Below are positions 60,502 to 64,000 of a stretch of 64,000 nt of DNA, in pieces. The stretch's first letter is position 1, and every line of letters begins with the position of its first letter. The DNA is from an uncultured delta proteobacterium (GTDB lineage: Bacteria; Myxococcota_A; Polyangia; Polyangiales; Polyangiaceae). Below the pieces are notes generated by a model. The model did not search any database. It was not told where the DNA came from and saw only the letters and a program-made list of their open reading frames with translations. Where the stretch lies: NCBI GenBank assembly GCA_963827955.1, contig CAWHDJ010000018.1, positions 1,309,297-1,373,296 on the forward strand, read 5' to 3'. The position numbers were made by a program, and so were the translations under genes.

Positions 60502-61650
60502 TCAGCGGCAGTTGAGCAGCGCGAGGTGCGCGGGGCCGTCTCTCAGGGTGTAGACGATGCCGAGCGTGTCGTCCGCCGCCGCGATCCTCGCGAAGCGCGC
60601 CGCGTTGTCGGAGACGCGCAGCTCGTCGCCCGCCTGCTTCATGTCGGGCCCGAAGATCGAGAGGTAGACCTTCGGCGGCCCGTCACGGAACTGGTAGTAC
60701 ACGACGGCCGCGTACCCCCGGACGGTGGCGACGTCGGGGAAGTTGGCGCTGCCGGCGCTCGGCGGCACGGTGACCTCGCCCTTCTCCTTGCCGTCCGCGT
60801 CCACGAGGGTCAGCGCCACGGTCTCCTTGTCCTGGCCGGCGCGGTCGTCCTCCCACGTGACGTAGTAGCCGTCGCCCGCGACGCTCGCGCGCGGACCGCG
60901 GCCCAGCAGCCCCTCGCTGCCGATCATCACGGGCGAGAGCTCCCCCATCGGGCTCGGGAGCCGGGCGAAGCCGACCTTGCCGTCCGTCGCATAGACGAGG
61001 GCGCGCAGCGTCGTCGAGCCGGCGAGCGCGGGCTCGCGGGCGCCTGGCACCTTGGCCGTGTTGCCGGTCTGCATGCCCGTGAGGTCGGCGACCGTCACGC
61101 CCGACGTGTCGGCCCACGCGACGGCGTTGGCGCCCAGCGTGGCGCGCACGTCCCCGCCCTGCGTCTCTGCCATCGTCGACACGTCGCCCACCGCCCGCCC
61201 CTGCGCTCCGATGTGCACGCCGCGCACCGTGCCGGACTCCGGCCAGGCCACGACGAACCCGCCGTCCTGCGCCGCCGCGATCGTGGGATTGCCCGCGCCC
61301 GTGTCGGTGAGGACCGTGACGCCGAGCTGCTTCCCGTCCTTGTCGAAGAGGACGACGTGCATCCCCGAGCCCTGCTCGGTCCAGGCCGCCGCGAGCGTGC
61401 CGCCGCTGGAGGCGATCGCCGGCTCGCCCGCCTGCGCGGTGCCGAGCTCCGTGTCGCTCGTCACGGTGCACGTGGGGGCGGCGGCCGCCTCGCCCGGCGG
61501 CTTGGGCTTGGCGCCCGGTCCCCCGTCCTGCCCCGGCGGTGTCGCGCCGCCGCCCCCGCCGCCGCACGCCGCGACGAGCGCCGCAAGTCCGACCGCGAGC
61601 CCAAAACAGCGGGCGCACGCGGCCCCCGCACCGAGTCGCATCCGATGCAT
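60502..61650 (-). CDS. lipoprotein, beta-rich repeat (propeller-like) protein
   Basis: Lipobox LAALVAACGGGG; repeated GxxV/AW motifs. Confidence 0.45.
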   Translation of the reverse strand: MHRMRLGAGAACARCFGLAVGLAALVAACGGGGGGATPPGQDGGPGAKPKPPGEAAAAPTCTVTSDTELGTAQAGEPAIASSGGTLAAAWTEQGSGMHVVLFDKDGKQLGVTVLTDTGAGNPTIAAAQDGGFVVAWPESGTVRGVHIGAQGRAVGDVSTMAETQGGDVRATLGANAVAWADTSGVTVADLTGMQTGNTAKVPGAREPALAGSTTLRALVYATDGKVGFARLPSPMGELSPVMIGSEGLLGRGPRASVAGDGYYVTWEDDRAGQDKETVALTLVDADGKEKGEVTVPPSAGSANFPDVATVRGYAAVVYYQFRDGPPKVYLSIFGPDMKQAGDELRVSDNAARFARIAAADDTLGIVYTLRDGPAHLALLNCR

Positions 61651-61809
61651 CGTCTACCCCTCCCCTCGGGGACACCCCGAAACCTCGCGGCCCCGATTCG
61701 TGCCGGCTTCATGGATCCGAGGGGGCGGGTCGCACAGTGGGGGTGCACCGGGAGGGGCGTACGAAACGACGGCCCGCGTCCGCCCCGTACGGGGTACATT
61801 CCGTCGGGC

Positions 61810-62490
61810 ATGTCGATTCCTCGCTGGGGCTGGGCCGCTCTCGTCCTTCTTGCCATCGTCGCTCCGTCGGGGGCATCGGGGTGCGAAGAGACCCGCCCGC
61901 CCGAGGCGCCCGCCCCGCCGCCGGACGAGGAGCATCCCTACGACCCCGTCGTCCCGGGCGTCCCGGCCGCGCTGGCCAACGGCATGGAAGCCGCGGACCC
62001 TGCCGTGCCGACGCCCGAGGCGGTGCCCATCGCGGGCTCGCCGTTCGTCCGCGCCCGCGCCACCGTCACGGTGAGGGCGCCGCTCCAGCGCGTGCACGAC
62101 ACGCTCGTCGACCTCGCCCACTATGCCGGGCTCGTCCGTCGGTTCAAGACCTCGACCCTCGTCGACACGAGGGCCTCCGGCAGCCGCGACGGCTACGTGG
62201 AGGTCGAGTCCACGGAGGGCGTGATGCGGATGCAGGTCGAGATGGCCAGGCCCGCCGTCGCCGCCGACGGCAGCGAGACGGTCGAGATCCGCTCGTACAA
62301 GGGCAACGTGCGGACGTTCGAGATGTTCTGGCGCATCCGCAAGGGCAACCGTGGCGCCCTCCAGCTCTCGGTCGACACCTTCCTCGACCCCGGCATCGGC
62401 GTGCCGGCGGAGGTGCTCAACAAGGAGAACCTCGCCCGCGCGGTCGAGGCCGTGATGGCCGTCCGCGACCGCGTGGACCGGCGGAGGTAG
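61810..62490 (+). CDS. lipoprotein of unknown function
   Basis: ATG ~61810. MSIPRWGWAALVLLAIVAPSGASGC lipobox, a Pro-rich linker, then a ~170-aa domain. Confidence 0.45.
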   Translation: MSIPRWGWAALVLLAIVAPSGASGCEETRPPEAPAPPPDEEHPYDPVVPGVPAALANGMEAADPAVPTPEAVPIAGSPFVRARATVTVRAPLQRVHDTLVDLAHYAGLVRRFKTSTLVDTRASGSRDGYVEVESTEGVMRMQVEMARPAVAADGSETVEIRSYKGNVRTFEMFWRIRKGNRGALQLSVDTFLDPGIGVPAEVLNKENLARAVEAVMAVRDRVDRRR

Positions 62491-62492
62491 GC

Positions 62493-63194
62493 GCGCTCCC
62501 TCAGTTGCTCGAGCAGTTGGAGAGCCTCCGTCTGGCACAACTGCGACATGCAGCTGAGGCAGCTCATGCTGAAGGCACTTTCGGTGCAGAAGTTCGTGCC
62601 GCAGTCATTCGAGCAACCTCCCCCGATGGTGCACCCCGCGCACCCCTGGAGAGCTTGGTACTCGGTCAAACCGGCGGAGCAGGGGGGCCCGCTTCCTCCC
62701 TGGAGGGCCTGAGAGCACGAGCTTGCGCACGTCGAGCCGCCGCCGACGCCCGACCCGCCGAAGCCCGAGCCGCCGATGCCCGAGCCGCCGACGCCGCCGA
62801 AACCGCCGACGCCCGCCGACGACACGGCGAACGACGTGGAGACCTCGCCCATGAAGCTCCCGCCGACGCCGAAGCCGGCGCTGGCCTGGCTCCCCCCGGC
62901 GCCCTGGCCGCAGTTCGGCTGGATGTCCTCCTCCGTGACCGGGTAGCAGCACAGCTCGCCGTCGAACGACCCGTCGCCGTTCACGGCCGTGACGGGCCCC
63001 GGGCACGATGGATCCGTGAAGTTGGGCAGCGCGTCCATCTGCGCCGGGCACGCGTTGCCGTTCTTGATGTATGCCTGCTCCGAGAAGGCGAAGCACGCCG
63101 TCCTCCCGCAGCCGCTGCCGGCGGCGAAGGGCATCGCGGCGACGAGCGTGACGAAGAAGAAAGGGGCGAGCGAGCGGGGTAGGAAGAGCCGCAT
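62493..63194 (-). CDS. secreted Cys- and Gly-rich protein (end uncertain)
   Basis: MRLFLPRSLAPFFFVTLVAAMPFAAGSGC signal/lipobox, followed by Cys-rich blocks and a (GGFGG) stretch. The frame stays open across the convergent gene, so the stop near 62495 is inferred. Confidence 0.4.
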
Positions 63195-63409
63195 GCCGGG
63201 CCGATGGTAGCGCGGGGGCGGGGGCGCTTGCGAGGAGAGCCGGCCGAGGGGATAGATTGGGGATGGGGCAAGCGGCGACTGCCACGCCCATCTCCGGCGG
63301 GCCGCCGAGCCGGGAGGCGGACGACGGGGGCGCTGGTTACACCTCCTCGTCGGCTACCGATGCCGTCGAGCGCGAGCACTTCGAGCCTCCCGCCCGCCGG
63401 GAGCGCCGT

Positions 63410-63790
63410 CCCGTCCCCAGGCGCGCCGTCCCGTCGCCGGGAGCGCCTTCCCGTCGCCAGGCGCGCCTTCCCGCCGGCAGGCGCGCCTTCTCGCCGGCAG
63501 GCGCGCCTTCTCGCCGCCAGGCGCGCTTTCCCGTCGCCAGGCGCGCCTTCCCGCCGGCAGGCGCGCCGTCCCACCGGCAGGCGCGCCTTCCCGTCGCCAG
63601 GCGCGCCTTCTCGCCGCCAGGCGCGCCGTCCCGCCGCCGGGCGCGCCTTCTCGCCGCCAGGCGCGCCTTCCCGCCAGCAGGCGCGCCTTCCCGCCAGCAG
63701 GCGCTCCTTCGGCCTGGCAGGCGCTCCTTCGGCCTGGCAGGCGCTCCTTCGGCCTGGCAGGCGCTCCTTCCGCCGGGAGGGCGCGCCTGT
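63410..63790. repeat. 21-bp minisatellite, ~18 units (caggcgcgccttcccgccggc family)
   Basis: Tandem units with point variants (…cgccgtcccgccgc… / …gctccttcggcctggcag…). A different unit from the 33.3-kb array, but the same 21-bp period. Confidence 0.85.
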
Positions 63791-64000
63791 CGGCGGGCGC
63801 GCGTTCCTTCCACCTGGAAGGCGGGATACGCCCGCCTTTGGTTGCGTCGTCGCCGCAAGGTGCGGCGGCTTCGGCGTCTCAGCGAGACGTCGTGGGAAGG
63901 AACAGCCGGACCAGGGGCTTTCAACGTGGAGTTCGGGCTGCGTAGCACCGCGTGAGCGGGTGCTGAGCACCGATCGTCTGTTTTTTCCGAGAAATAAGCT

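Overview
High-GC (~70%) chromosomal segment with myxobacterial character (Sorangium/Polyangiaceae-like). It carries many Ser/Thr kinases, ECF sigma modules, lipoproteins, eukaryote-like Sushi/EGF and NB-ARC/TPR domains, and Gly/Ser/Thr-rich linkers. The ORF track is full of spurious antisense ORFs typical of high-GC DNA. Genes were called from recognisable protein families, signal peptides and motif conservation. About half of the recognisable genes are split over two or three frames, i.e. apparent frameshifts; these look like indel errors rather than biology.

Main content, left to right:
- (i) a pentaheme cytochrome c at the window edge;
- (ii) a compact, apparently novel azoline/TOMM-type RiPP cluster at 3.1-7.2 kb (minus strand): precursor peptide with a Cys-rich RCEGC[H/F] repeat core, an E1-like-YcaO fused cyclodehydratase, a SagB-type dehydrogenase, and a second RRE/E1-like partner protein; a transmembrane Ser/Thr kinase lies immediately downstream;
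- (iii) an accessory/metabolic stretch: BAAT-family thioesterase, a TetR-controlled PaaK-like ligase and hydrolase, a truncated BVMO, a PHB-depolymerase-like esterase, an ECF sigma/anti-sigma/Spy-like module, and the cydAB oxidase;
- (iv) a repeat-rich accessory island at 26-34 kb: REP/MITE-like palindromic elements flank a Sushi/EGF-repeat lipoprotein, a DUF4189 protein and M16 peptidases, followed by a ~0.9-kb 21-bp minisatellite;
- (v) a candidate defence island at 34-44 kb: a nucleoside-phosphorylase-like/NB-ARC/TPR STAND NTPase, an AbiEii-like nucleotidyltransferase and a cNMP-binding patatin-like phospholipase;
- (vi) an aerobic benzoyl-CoA (box) cluster: BzdR/BoxR-type regulator, boxC, boxB, and NuoE/NuoF-like electron-transfer genes separated by an AT-rich giant hairpin;
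- (vii) assorted lipoproteins, a histidine kinase, methyltransferases, a Uma2 endonuclease, and a second 21-bp minisatellite at the 3' end.

No rRNA, tRNA, CRISPR array, transposase or integrase was recognised.
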